From: an uncultured Deferribacteres bacterium
GTDB taxonomy: Bacteria > Zhuqueibacterota > Zhuqueibacteria > Zhuqueibacterales > Geothermadaptataceae
Direction: 5' to 3'
Length of the DNA stretch: 64,000 nt
NCBI GenBank assembly: GCA_964014485.1
Contig: CAXHAT010000002.1
Coordinates: 56,309-120,308 of the forward strand
The notes under the pieces are model-generated. The model saw only the letters and a list, made by a program, of their open reading frames with translations. It ran no database searches and was not told the origin of the DNA. A program made the translations under genes and the position numbers. Numbering within the stretch: the stretch's first letter is position 1; every line of letters starts with the position of its first letter. Shown here one piece after another: positions 40,416 through 49,274 of this stretch.

Positions 40416-41275
40416 AAACGAGAATGATTGGCGTTCTTGTGGTGAAAGACGGAGTTGTCGTCCAGAGTGTCAATTTTAAGCGTTATCTTCCGGTGGGGAA
40501 GCCTGCTGTCGCTGTTGAATATCTCAATCGTTGGGGCATTGACGAGATCGTTCTACTGGATGTTGATGCGACCGTTCATGCTCGAACGCCCTACTCTTCG
40601 CTCATTGAAGAATCTGCTGAATTCTGCCACGTCCCGCTTGCTTTTGGCGGAGGGATCAGTACCGTAAGCGATATTGAAATGATCATTCGCGCTGGAGCTG
40701 ATAAGGTCGCAATCAACTCTTCCTTTTTCAAGAACCCAAAGCTTGTTTCCGAGGGCGCAAACGTTTTTGGCAGCCAATGTATTCTAGTGTCAATTGACGT
40801 ACGAAAGAACACGCAAGGCGATTTTGAAGCTTACACACACTCTGGAACGAAAGCAACCGGTTTGAGCGCCGCCGCTGCCGCCGTTCTCGCGCAGGACTCC
40901 GGCGCTGGAGAAATCTTGGTCAATTCAATCGATCGCGACGGCGCGAAAAACGGCTACGATCTTGAACTCATTAGAGATGTCACGAAGGCTGTGAGCATAC
41001 CTGTTATCGCCTGCGGCGGGGTCGGGAAGCCTTCCCATTTTCATGAAGCTGCTCCGCTTGAAGTTTCAGCTCTTGCCGCCGCAAATTTCTTTCATTTCAC
41101 AGAACATAGCGTCATCACCGCGAAGCAGTTTCTTAAGAATACAGTCAACATTCGTTTGGATACCTATGCACAGTACAATGATATGGAGTTTGATCGCCTT
41201 GAACGTGTAGCAAAGATGAGCGATGACTCATTGGAAAAGCTGCGCTTCGAATATATCCCGGAGGAAGTGATTTGA
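40409..41275 (+). CDS. hisF: HisF-like cyclase subunit (glycan-locus paralogue)
   Basis: RMIGVLVVKDGVVVQSVNF..Y.PVG.P...VEYLN.WG.DEIVLLDV...PLAFGGGI...GADKVAINS...ILVNSIDRDG...GYDLEL...IPVIACGGVG. Confidence 0.9.
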   Translation: MLKTRMIGVLVVKDGVVVQSVNFKRYLPVGKPAVAVEYLNRWGIDEIVLLDVDATVHARTPYSSLIEESAEFCHVPLAFGGGISTVSDIEMIIRAGADKVAINSSFFKNPKLVSEGANVFGSQCILVSIDVRKNTQGDFEAYTHSGTKATGLSAAAAAVLAQDSGAGEILVNSIDRDGAKNGYDLELIRDVTKAVSIPVIACGGVGKPSHFHEAAPLEVSALAAANFFHFTEHSVITAKQFLKNTVNIRLDTYAQYNDMEFDRLERVAKMSDDSLEKLRFEYIPEEVI

Positions 41276-42525
41276 AGTATTGCACCAGATGTCTCTACCC
41301 AGAAAATCATCCCCTCAATATCACATTTGACGATGAAGGCGTATGCAGCGGCTGCCGCATTCATGAAGAAAAAGACGTCCTCGATTGGCGGGAGCGCAAG
41401 CAAAAGCTTGGAGAAATTTTTGATGAATATCGTGTCAAAAACAGAACGATTCACGATTGTGTTATTCCGGTCAGCGGCGCGCGCGATTCTTATTTTATTG
41501 TTCATGTAGTCAAAAATATCTTCAAGATGCGACCGCTTTTGGTGAGCTATAACAAACATTACAATACAAAAGTCGGCATTCGAAATTTGGCTTATCTCCG
41601 GACTTTGTTTGGGTGCGATTTTTTTCAACAGACGGTCAGCCCGGAAAAAGTTAAACGGATCACGCGTGAAACCTTACGCCTGCGTGGCAGCATGTATTGG
41701 CATTGTTTGGCTGGTTCAACGGTTTTTCCTGTTCAGATTGCCGTGAAGTTCAAAATTCCTTTAATCATTTGGGGAGCGCATCAAGGTTGCGACCAAGTCG
41801 GTATGTTTTCGCATCTTGATGAAGTCGAAATGACTCGTAAGTATCGAAAAGAACACGACTTGATGGGCCTTGAAGCTGAAGACCTTGCCGCTCAAAGCGA
41901 TTTGCTAACTATGGATGACATGGAGCCTTATGTTTATCCGCATGACAAAGAATTGGAAGCTGTCGGCGTGCGCGGCGTTTACTTAAGCAATTACTTTCGT
42001 TGGGATTCCAAGGCGCAGCATGAGGCGATGATCAGGGAGTTTGGCTATGAATCAACCAAGCAACAGCGCACTTTCGATACATACAACGATGTTGATTGTT
42101 TTCATTATTCAGGCTTACATGATTACGTCAAGTTTTTGAAATGGGGATACGGCAAAGTGACAGACCATGCTAGTCGCGAAATTCGACTCAAAAGATTGAC
42201 TCGCGAAGAAGGCGCCGAGCTTGTGCGGCAATATCAGAACATCAAGCCTAACGACGCGTCACTTTTTCTTGATTGGCTTGGGATGCCGGATGAAGAATTT
42301 TGGGGTCATGTAGACCGACAAAGGGATCCCGGGATTTGGGACCTTTCGCAAGAAAATGAACCCATATTGCGAGATTCCGTCCTCAATCATCTTGAGGATG
42401 AAGATGTTGACGCCGTCCGCTTAAACACGAAAGATGAGAACGATTTCGTGGTTTCGCCATCGCGAGAACCTCAAGCGGTCGATAACAAATATATTCTCGT
42501 AGGAAGAGGCTGGGCGGACGCTTGA
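41272..42525 (+). CDS. N-acetyl sugar amidotransferase (PseA/WbuX family), copy 2
   Basis: CTRCLYPENHPLNITFDDEGVCSGCRIHEEK and PP-loop-like CVIPVSGARDS. It is a paralogue of 38610..39743 and overlaps hisF by 4 nt. Confidence 0.8.
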   Translation: MKYCTRCLYPENHPLNITFDDEGVCSGCRIHEEKDVLDWRERKQKLGEIFDEYRVKNRTIHDCVIPVSGARDSYFIVHVVKNIFKMRPLLVSYNKHYNTKVGIRNLAYLRTLFGCDFFQQTVSPEKVKRITRETLRLRGSMYWHCLAGSTVFPVQIAVKFKIPLIIWGAHQGCDQVGMFSHLDEVEMTRKYRKEHDLMGLEAEDLAAQSDLLTMDDMEPYVYPHDKELEAVGVRGVYLSNYFRWDSKAQHEAMIREFGYESTKQQRTFDTYNDVDCFHYSGLHDYVKFLKWGYGKVTDHASREIRLKRLTREEGAELVRQYQNIKPNDASLFLDWLGMPDEEFWGHVDRQRDPGIWDLSQENEPILRDSVLNHLEDEDVDAVRLNTKDENDFVVSPSREPQAVDNKYILVGRGWADA

Positions 42526-42579
42526 GCGTTCTAAAGCAGTCCGCTGCATCAAATTAACGCGTTCAGAATCGTTAACTTC

Positions 42580-44142
42580 TTGGGGCTCTTAAAAATACGG
42601 ACTCATAATTCACTGATTCACCAACCAATGTCTCTAAATAAATCCCTGACTCAACTGCGACGTAAAACCTTCGACTATGTAGTTCCTTTTGAGCATGAAA
42701 ACCATGCCGAATACATTATTAGCCTTGCGGCAAACTTTGAAAAAAGAGGTAAGTCCTTTCTGCCTGTTGTAGACGCTGATTCTTTAGGCAGAGAGCTTAT
42801 GAGAAAAGGTTTCGATCAGTTTGTAAGCTTCAATGAATTTGTTGAAGAAGACGATTGCAACAACTTGAATCTTTCGGAAGAGCTTAAGCGTCTTGCGGGA
42901 GTTTTTTCTTATAGCCAACTGCGTGACGTCATATTCCCGGAGTGGTATACCTTTGGCGAACCGGAAAACGTCTTTTACTGGAAGCTGGTTGGTTGCCTGC
43001 GTTTTTATGAGCATGTTTTTGTCAAACATGAAATTTCATGCCGATTTTTCATTCAGTACGTCGGCGACCATGTTCGATACAGCGCCCGCCGCGTCGCGTC
43101 CTATACATTTTCCGGACAAACACTATATTGCGGCAGCACCCTCATGTTTAATCGATTGAACTTCACCAGGGACCCTCGAGGCGTCTGGGCGATAGAGCCG
43201 AACGAGATTCAGCCGACTAATGAAGAAAGAGCCTTTGTCGAAAACTGGATTGACAAGGCGCTTCAGGAACGGAAGGTTATTTTCCCGGACCCGTTGGAAG
43301 TTTTTCAGCCCAAGATTCCAGGAAACGCCGCCTTGCTTTTTCTCCGCTTCCTTTGGAAAAACCTTGCGGATCGTCAAAAGAAACCTGGAAGGACGATAAA
43401 GTACATTTTTCGCCGCCATCTATTGCCCTACTTTGAGGCGCGCTTGGCGCGAAACCTTTATCAACAGGTGGACTTGAAAACAACCAAGTACATCTATTTT
43501 CCTTTGCACTATGCTTTCGATTTGGCGTTGACTTCCAAAGCAAAGCCTTTCGTTGATCAGTTCTATGTTATCGAGCTTTTGCACCGATGTCTGCCGGTTG
43601 GCTATAAATTGCTGATTAAAGAGCACCCTGCATCCGTCGGAACGACGTCATTTCTGAAACTCCGAAAAGCATCGCAACTGCCCGATGTTACGCTTTTGCC
43701 GATAAATGCGAATTCTCATGAGATTATCGAGCGAGCGGAGGCCGTGGCGGTTATTACGTCAACTGTTGGCGCCGAAGCGCTCTATCAGGCTAAGCCGCTG
43801 CTTACTTTTGGTGATACGTATTATACTGGTCAAGAAGTAACGATTGATGTTCGAAATCTACATGAAATCCAAGCCAAAGTTCGCGAATTACTTTCTTTCC
43901 AGCCTGATCGAGAGTCGATAATAAAAATGTTTGTTCGCGCCTACCGTGATTCTTACCCGATCAACCAAACGAAGTTAGTTGACTCACATTATTCGGGTAG
44001 CGACAAAGTTGTATCAGAAGCTTTTCGCCGTGTGGCCCCGACAACTGTTGACGCCATGATACACTATTGCGAAGAAAAACAAAACAAAGATCTGGTAGCT
44101 GCCACATCCGCAGAGCCGGTGCTTGAAGCGGAACTTGTTTAG
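42580..44142 (+). CDS. Capsule polysaccharide biosynthesis protein, KpsS/KpsC (Capsule_synth) family
   Basis: YIYFPLHYAFDLALTSKAKPF...YKLLIKEHPAS...VTLLPINANSHEIIERAEAVAVITSTVGAEALYQAKPLLTFGDTYY matches the Capsule_synth consensus (vPLQ..D.q...l.vKeHP...v.tinSt.G.EAl..gkpv...G...Y). TTG start; an alternative ATG lies at 42628. Confidence 0.7.
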   Translation: MGLLKIRTHNSLIHQPMSLNKSLTQLRRKTFDYVVPFEHENHAEYIISLAANFEKRGKSFLPVVDADSLGRELMRKGFDQFVSFNEFVEEDDCNNLNLSEELKRLAGVFSYSQLRDVIFPEWYTFGEPENVFYWKLVGCLRFYEHVFVKHEISCRFFIQYVGDHVRYSARRVASYTFSGQTLYCGSTLMFNRLNFTRDPRGVWAIEPNEIQPTNEERAFVENWIDKALQERKVIFPDPLEVFQPKIPGNAALLFLRFLWKNLADRQKKPGRTIKYIFRRHLLPYFEARLARNLYQQVDLKTTKYIYFPLHYAFDLALTSKAKPFVDQFYVIELLHRCLPVGYKLLIKEHPASVGTTSFLKLRKASQLPDVTLLPINANSHEIIERAEAVAVITSTVGAEALYQAKPLLTFGDTYYTGQEVTIDVRNLHEIQAKVRELLSFQPDRESIIKMFVRAYRDSYPINQTKLVDSHYSGSDKVVSEAFRRVAPTTVDAMIHYCEEKQNKDLVAATSAEPVLEAELV

Positions 44143-44164
44143 CGTGGGTTGTTAAGAAAGGCCT

Positions 44165-45733
44165 GTGAAACGAAATCAAGATTCCCGAGCGGCGGCTGTG
44201 CCTCCTTTAAAGCATGATGCCGCCGTCAAAGATCCGCCGGTTGATACGCGGCAAAACATGCAAGCAAAGGAAACGGCCGAAAAGAGCTTTCCTGAACGTG
44301 TTTTGCGAAGTCTGGCACAATTTGTCGGCGGCAGCTCAATCCAAACTGTAGCTGGCTTTGTCGCGAGTTATTTCAATGCTCGTTTGTTGGGGCCTGCATT
44401 ACTCGGGACATGGTCGACGGCGCAGATTTTTATGAGCTACCGGATTTTTTTTAGTTTGAGTCTGCCATTCGTAATGCGCCGCGATTTTACCATGCTGCGT
44501 GGAGAAGGTAGGGAAAAAGAGGCGTGGGAAATCGCCTACCAGGTTTTTTCATACGGTATTGTCGTAACGCCTTTTCTTAGTCTTGCACTCGCCGGGTACG
44601 CTTTTTTTTTCGTTGAAAACTATTGGTTTCGAATCAGCTTGTTTGTCGCTTCTGGAATATTTCTTGTCGAGATGTTCAGCGGTTTTGGCAACATTCTGAG
44701 CAAGGGCGTGAATAATTATGCAATTATCGCCCAGGCGAGCGTTATTCAAGCCGTTGTAGTACTTTTCAGTATTCCGGGCGTTTACTTGTGGGGGTTTAAG
44801 GCGCTGCTTGTTGGGCAGGCATGCGCAGCGGTGGCTATTGCGGTCTTGTATTATGTCAAAAAACCGGTCAAGTACGGGTGGCACTGGGATTGGAAACTGC
44901 TAAAAAGGCTGACGGTAGCTGCACTTCCGCTCTACCTTGCTGATATATCAGCCGCAGCGTTTTCCTCGATTGACAGGATAATTATTGCTGGAGCGCTCTC
45001 ATTCGAAGACGTTGGACTTTATGCTCTATCGAACATTGTCGCCACGCCGCTCAATTTGTTAATCTCTTCAGCGGGAATTGTTATATTCACCCATTTGAAC
45101 GAGCGTCATGGAACCTCGAAAGAGAAGGCGGTTGTTCTGAAACACATGAATGCGCCTCAAAGCATCTTCGGTTGGTTGGCGCCGCCGTTCATTGGATTAG
45201 GGATCATTATCTTGCCGGTGATTATCCCGCTTGTCTTGCCGGAATATGTAGAAGGCGTACGCGCTGCACAAATTTCTGTTATCGGCGTTTATTTCTATGC
45301 TTTGACAAACTTTTCAGCGAACGCTTTATTTATTCTGGATAAACAAAAAAATTCAGCCATTTGCTTTGTCATTGCCGGAATATTCAATACGTTCGGAAGT
45401 TTTCTTTTTGTGCGGATAGGCTACGGCATTGAAGGGGTGGCGATTGCAACGTCGACGGGTTTTTTCATATATAATGCTTTGATGATGTGCTTTGTATACC
45501 GCTTCACTGGAGAAAGTGTCAAAACTTTTTTTATGACTTTCCTGGACAGGGTCGCGCCTGCACTGGGCGTGTTTACTTTTTCCTTCCTTTTGGTTGAAGC
45601 GCCAAATGTTTTGTTTGGGAATTATTTCCCAGTTGGAAGTTGGACTCTCGTGACCGCTTCTTCCCTCATGTACTTGCTGCTTACAGTTCCAATCGCTTGG
45701 AAGGGTTATTCTCGTTTGCGAATGTATGTGTGA
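44165..45733 (+). CDS. Oligosaccharide flippase (Wzx / MOP superfamily)
   Basis: About 12-14 hydrophobic helices after a polar roughly 50-aa N-terminus; the polysaccharide-locus context supports the call. GTG start. Confidence 0.75.
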   Translation: MKRNQDSRAAAVPPLKHDAAVKDPPVDTRQNMQAKETAEKSFPERVLRSLAQFVGGSSIQTVAGFVASYFNARLLGPALLGTWSTAQIFMSYRIFFSLSLPFVMRRDFTMLRGEGREKEAWEIAYQVFSYGIVVTPFLSLALAGYAFFFVENYWFRISLFVASGIFLVEMFSGFGNILSKGVNNYAIIAQASVIQAVVVLFSIPGVYLWGFKALLVGQACAAVAIAVLYYVKKPVKYGWHWDWKLLKRLTVAALPLYLADISAAAFSSIDRIIIAGALSFEDVGLYALSNIVATPLNLLISSAGIVIFTHLNERHGTSKEKAVVLKHMNAPQSIFGWLAPPFIGLGIIILPVIIPLVLPEYVEGVRAAQISVIGVYFYALTNFSANALFILDKQKNSAICFVIAGIFNTFGSFLFVRIGYGIEGVAIATSTGFFIYNALMMCFVYRFTGESVKTFFMTFLDRVAPALGVFTFSFLLVEAPNVLFGNYFPVGSWTLVTASSLMYLLLTVPIAWKGYSRLRMYV

Positions 45734-45798
45734 CTCGTTCATGCTAGCTATATTCGCGAACATTAAAGGTATGATTTTCAGTACTCACGGAGGAGACT

Positions 45799-46920
45799 AT
45801 GATTCCCGTTTTTAAACCATATTACGATGAAAGAGAGTTAAGCGCTCTCAAGGCGACGCTCGATTCCGGGTGGGTTGGCCTAGGCCCTCGGACAAAGGAA
45901 TTCGAAGATAAATTTGCCGAATATGTCGGCGCGAAATATTGCGTTGGACTGAATTCCTGCACTGCCGCGCTTCACTTGGCGTGCGAAGTGATGAATGTGA
46001 AAGGCGGCGAAGTCATCACCTCGCCTATGACGTTTGTCTCATCGAACCACGCCATCATTTATGCCGGCGGAACCCCTGTTTTTTGTGACATTGAAGAAGA
46101 TACGCTGAACATCGATCCGGCGAAAATAGAAGGGCTCATCACGCCTAAAACGAAAGCAATCATGTGCGTACACTACGGCGGCTATGCCTGCGATATGGAG
46201 CGCATCAATGAAATCGCCCAGAAGCACAACCTCGTCGTGATCGAAGACGCGGCGCACGCCAGCGGCGGGGAATGGAACGAGAAAAAACTCGGTTCTATCG
46301 GCGATATTTCGTGTTTCAGTTTTCACGCCGTGAAGAACTTGGCCATGGGCGAAGGCGGCGCCATTTGCACGAACGACGAAGAAATCTACAAGAAATTGAT
46401 GCGCCTGCGCTGGATGGGCATTACCAAAGACACGTGGTCCAGGGCGGAAGGAAAGAGTTACTCCTGGTACTACGACGTTGTCGAATTTGGCTACAAATAT
46501 CACTTGAGCGACATTGCGGCGGCAATTGGACTCATTCAGTTGGAAAAACTTGACAAAGCCAATGCGCGACGCCGAGAGTTGGTGAATCAATACAACGATC
46601 TTTTGTCCGGCGTTGAAGAATTGGATCGTCCGGTGCGCAAACCATATCAAACGCTGCCGGCGGCGCACAACTATGTCATCCAAACCGAACATCGCGACGG
46701 CCTGCACGAATATCTGAAGTCAAAAGATATTTCAACCGGCGTGCATTATATTCCATCCAACCATTACGAACTCTACAAAACTTATACTGGCGAAACGCCG
46801 GTTTCCGAGCGCGTTTGGAAACGCCTGCTCACGCTTCCGCTCTACCCCGATTTGAAGAATGAACAATTGGCAATGATCGTTGACGAAATAAAGGCGTTCT
46901 ACCGTGAACATGCTGCGTGA
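45799..46920 (+). CDS. DegT/DnrJ/EryC1/StrS-family aminotransferase (third copy)
   Basis: MIPVFKPYYDERELSALKATLDSGWVGLGPRTKEFE, NSCTAALHLA, and the PLP-lysine region FSFHAVKNLAMGEGG. Confidence 0.85.
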   Translation: MIPVFKPYYDERELSALKATLDSGWVGLGPRTKEFEDKFAEYVGAKYCVGLNSCTAALHLACEVMNVKGGEVITSPMTFVSSNHAIIYAGGTPVFCDIEEDTLNIDPAKIEGLITPKTKAIMCVHYGGYACDMERINEIAQKHNLVVIEDAAHASGGEWNEKKLGSIGDISCFSFHAVKNLAMGEGGAICTNDEEIYKKLMRLRWMGITKDTWSRAEGKSYSWYYDVVEFGYKYHLSDIAAAIGLIQLEKLDKANARRRELVNQYNDLLSGVEELDRPVRKPYQTLPAAHNYVIQTEHRDGLHEYLKSKDISTGVHYIPSNHYELYKTYTGETPVSERVWKRLLTLPLYPDLKNEQLAMIVDEIKAFYREHAA

Positions 46921-48046
46921 AGCCGAATACGAAACCGCAACTGAAGCTGAAATAGAACAAAACAAGGGGCAAAACCCGGACGAATGGAGCGCTCAATGGG
47001 GGCGGCTTTCGCCTGAGTCGGAAATCCGCATGTGGGATTTTTTTGGGCTGCGGCCTTATATCCTGAAATACGCCCCTCGAAGCGGAAAAATCATCGAGGC
47101 GGGCTGCGGGCTGGGGCGGTATGTGTTCTATCTCGAAAAACTGGGTTTGGATGTCGAAGGCGTTGATTTTGACGGCGAAGTCATTGGCCGATTGAATGAC
47201 TGGAAACGCCAAAACGGCTTTTCGTCCAATTTTCGAACCGGCAATGTCCTTGAAATGCCCTATGAAGACGATTCGCTTGCCGGGTATATTTCTCTGGGCG
47301 TGATCGAGCATTTCATCGAAGGGCCCGGGCAGGCGTTGAAAGAAGCGTACAGAATCTTGCGCCCCGGCGGCGTTGCGATTATCACGACGCCTTCAGTTTC
47401 ATTTTCGATCTCCTATATTCGATTGATGAAGCGCCTGAAATCGCTGGTGAAAAAAATGCTGCGTATGCCGAAACAGGAGGAAGAGTTTTTTCAATACTGG
47501 TTTCGTCCGGCAAAACTTCGGCGTTTCGTGGAAAACGCGGGTTTTGATATTGCGCTTAATTTAGGTGCGGATCTCATGTATTCGCTCTACGAGCTTGGCT
47601 TTCGCCCCCGGAGTGAGAACCGATTGACTTCGCTTGTTTCCAATCTGGAATCCACAAAATGCGCCCAAACTGGTGCGCAATCTTTGGTTGTCGCCTTGAA
47701 AAAAGCGGACCTGATGCACTGCTTTTTGTGCGGAGAATTGAACGTCACGGCGCAAGAGATGAAAACCTCCGTCCCGATTTGCGGGAAATGTTTGGAGCGG
47801 GAAGAATCCGGCAATTTTTCGAAAGCCGAACGTATGCCTTTTCTGCGTGATTTTCAAATCAACCCGCCCGTTTCTGCTAATCATCTGATTTGTGATTTCT
47901 GTGAAGCGAGTTACAAAGAACACCCCATTTTCGAAAATTTCGGCTTCAGTAAAAACGCTTGTGAAGGCTGCCTGGAAAATCCGCGCGTTCACTTTGATTT
48001 AATCGAAAACCACGTCCAGCCGATTTGGCGCTCTCGACATATTTGA
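46904..48046 (+). CDS. Class I SAM-dependent methyltransferase with C-terminal double Cys4 zinc-ribbon region
   Basis: SAM motif I IIEAGCGLGRY, post-I DVEGVDFD, and ILRPGGVAIITTP. The C-terminus reads CFLCGE...CGKC and CDFCE...CEGC. Confidence 0.8.
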   Translation: MNMLREAEYETATEAEIEQNKGQNPDEWSAQWGRLSPESEIRMWDFFGLRPYILKYAPRSGKIIEAGCGLGRYVFYLEKLGLDVEGVDFDGEVIGRLNDWKRQNGFSSNFRTGNVLEMPYEDDSLAGYISLGVIEHFIEGPGQALKEAYRILRPGGVAIITTPSVSFSISYIRLMKRLKSLVKKMLRMPKQEEEFFQYWFRPAKLRRFVENAGFDIALNLGADLMYSLYELGFRPRSENRLTSLVSNLESTKCAQTGAQSLVVALKKADLMHCFLCGELNVTAQEMKTSVPICGKCLEREESGNFSKAERMPFLRDFQINPPVSANHLICDFCEASYKEHPIFENFGFSKNACEGCLENPRVHFDLIENHVQPIWRSRHI

Positions 48047-48083
48047 CCCCTTTGACAGCCCATCCGGGCGCTTTTGAAAAATC

Positions 48084-49274
48084 ATGAAAAATTTTCTTTT
48101 TAAGCTTACTGCTTTAGGCTTTACAAGCTTTCTGCTTTTGGCCTGCCTGGAAGTCGTTTTGCGCATAACCGATCCGCTCCACAAAATCGCCGTTTCAAAA
48201 ACATTTCATGAAACGAATTTTTGGACCTCGGACAGCATTTTGAATCACAAATTGCAGCCGAATTTGCAGGCGAGCTATTCTTTTCTGGATGAATACACGA
48301 CGACGTTTAGAACCAATGAACACGGCTATCGGACGCCGCTTGTGGAAGAGAATGCGCCATTTGATGAAACGATCGTTTTTTTGGGCGACTCGTTTCTCGA
48401 ATCGATTCAATGCCAGGACGACGAATTAATTTCCCATTACACGAAGACGTTTCTCGACCAATGGGATGCAAACCGTTTCCGTTGCGTGAATCTTGGGGTC
48501 GCTTCATATTCCGGAGCTTACTACTATTTGCAGCTCAAGTCCGAGTTTGAACAATATCAACCCAAAACGGTTGTTGTCGGCTATTTTATTGGCAATGATA
48601 TTTTGGGGGACAACAAAGTCATTGACCTTCTGGAATATCAAGATGATGATCTTGCCCGTATCCGGCTGAAAAAAGATCAATTGCAAGAGGATGACGCACT
48701 CCCGCCTCGCTACTCTCAACTTGCCGTGCAAGCATATTGGGAGCATTATCGCGGCTATTTGAGGCCGTTGGCGTTGAAAATTCTGGGCGAAGACTTGATC
48801 CGCAAAGCCGGATTCCACCCGGAGGATTGGGAGATGAATCAGGTGCAATACTTTGTGGATGACCTGGACAACGAAGCAAAAGCTTACGTTGACAACAGTG
48901 TGCAATGGTTCGTGAAAATGCAGGAGTTTTGCGAGCAAAAGCAGATCGAACTTATTGTTCTGCTAATTCCGCCGGGAAACCAACTCGAAAAGAATATGTT
49001 GACGGACGGCTATCACGGCGGCCTGACCACGTTTGGCCGAATTGAAACAGAGCAGCCGCAAAAGTACATTGTTGAGCAATTTCGCAAACACGGAATCGAG
49101 CATATCGACCTGAAAGGCGTTTATAATCAGCATCTGGACAAAAAATTATACTTTCCCGTTGATAGTCATTGGGCGCCGGAAGGGCAGGAAGTGGCTGCTG
49201 ACACCTTGAGTAAAAGGATTATTTCCCGGTATAAAGCGAAATCGCTTTCACTTGAAATTGAGCCGTCGCTATGA
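48084..49274 (+). CDS. Membrane-anchored SGNH/AlgX-AlgJ-like hydrolase/acyltransferase, copy 1
   Basis: N-terminal TM. SGNH block I VFLGDSFLES. Late motif FPVDSHWAPEG resembles the DxHW of AlgJ/AlgX-type O-acetyltransferases. It is a paralogue of 54088..55236. Confidence 0.6.
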   Translation: MKNFLFKLTALGFTSFLLLACLEVVLRITDPLHKIAVSKTFHETNFWTSDSILNHKLQPNLQASYSFLDEYTTTFRTNEHGYRTPLVEENAPFDETIVFLGDSFLESIQCQDDELISHYTKTFLDQWDANRFRCVNLGVASYSGAYYYLQLKSEFEQYQPKTVVVGYFIGNDILGDNKVIDLLEYQDDDLARIRLKKDQLQEDDALPPRYSQLAVQAYWEHYRGYLRPLALKILGEDLIRKAGFHPEDWEMNQVQYFVDDLDNEAKAYVDNSVQWFVKMQEFCEQKQIELIVLLIPPGNQLEKNMLTDGYHGGLTTFGRIETEQPQKYIVEQFRKHGIEHIDLKGVYNQHLDKKLYFPVDSHWAPEGQEVAADTLSKRIISRYKAKSLSLEIEPSL

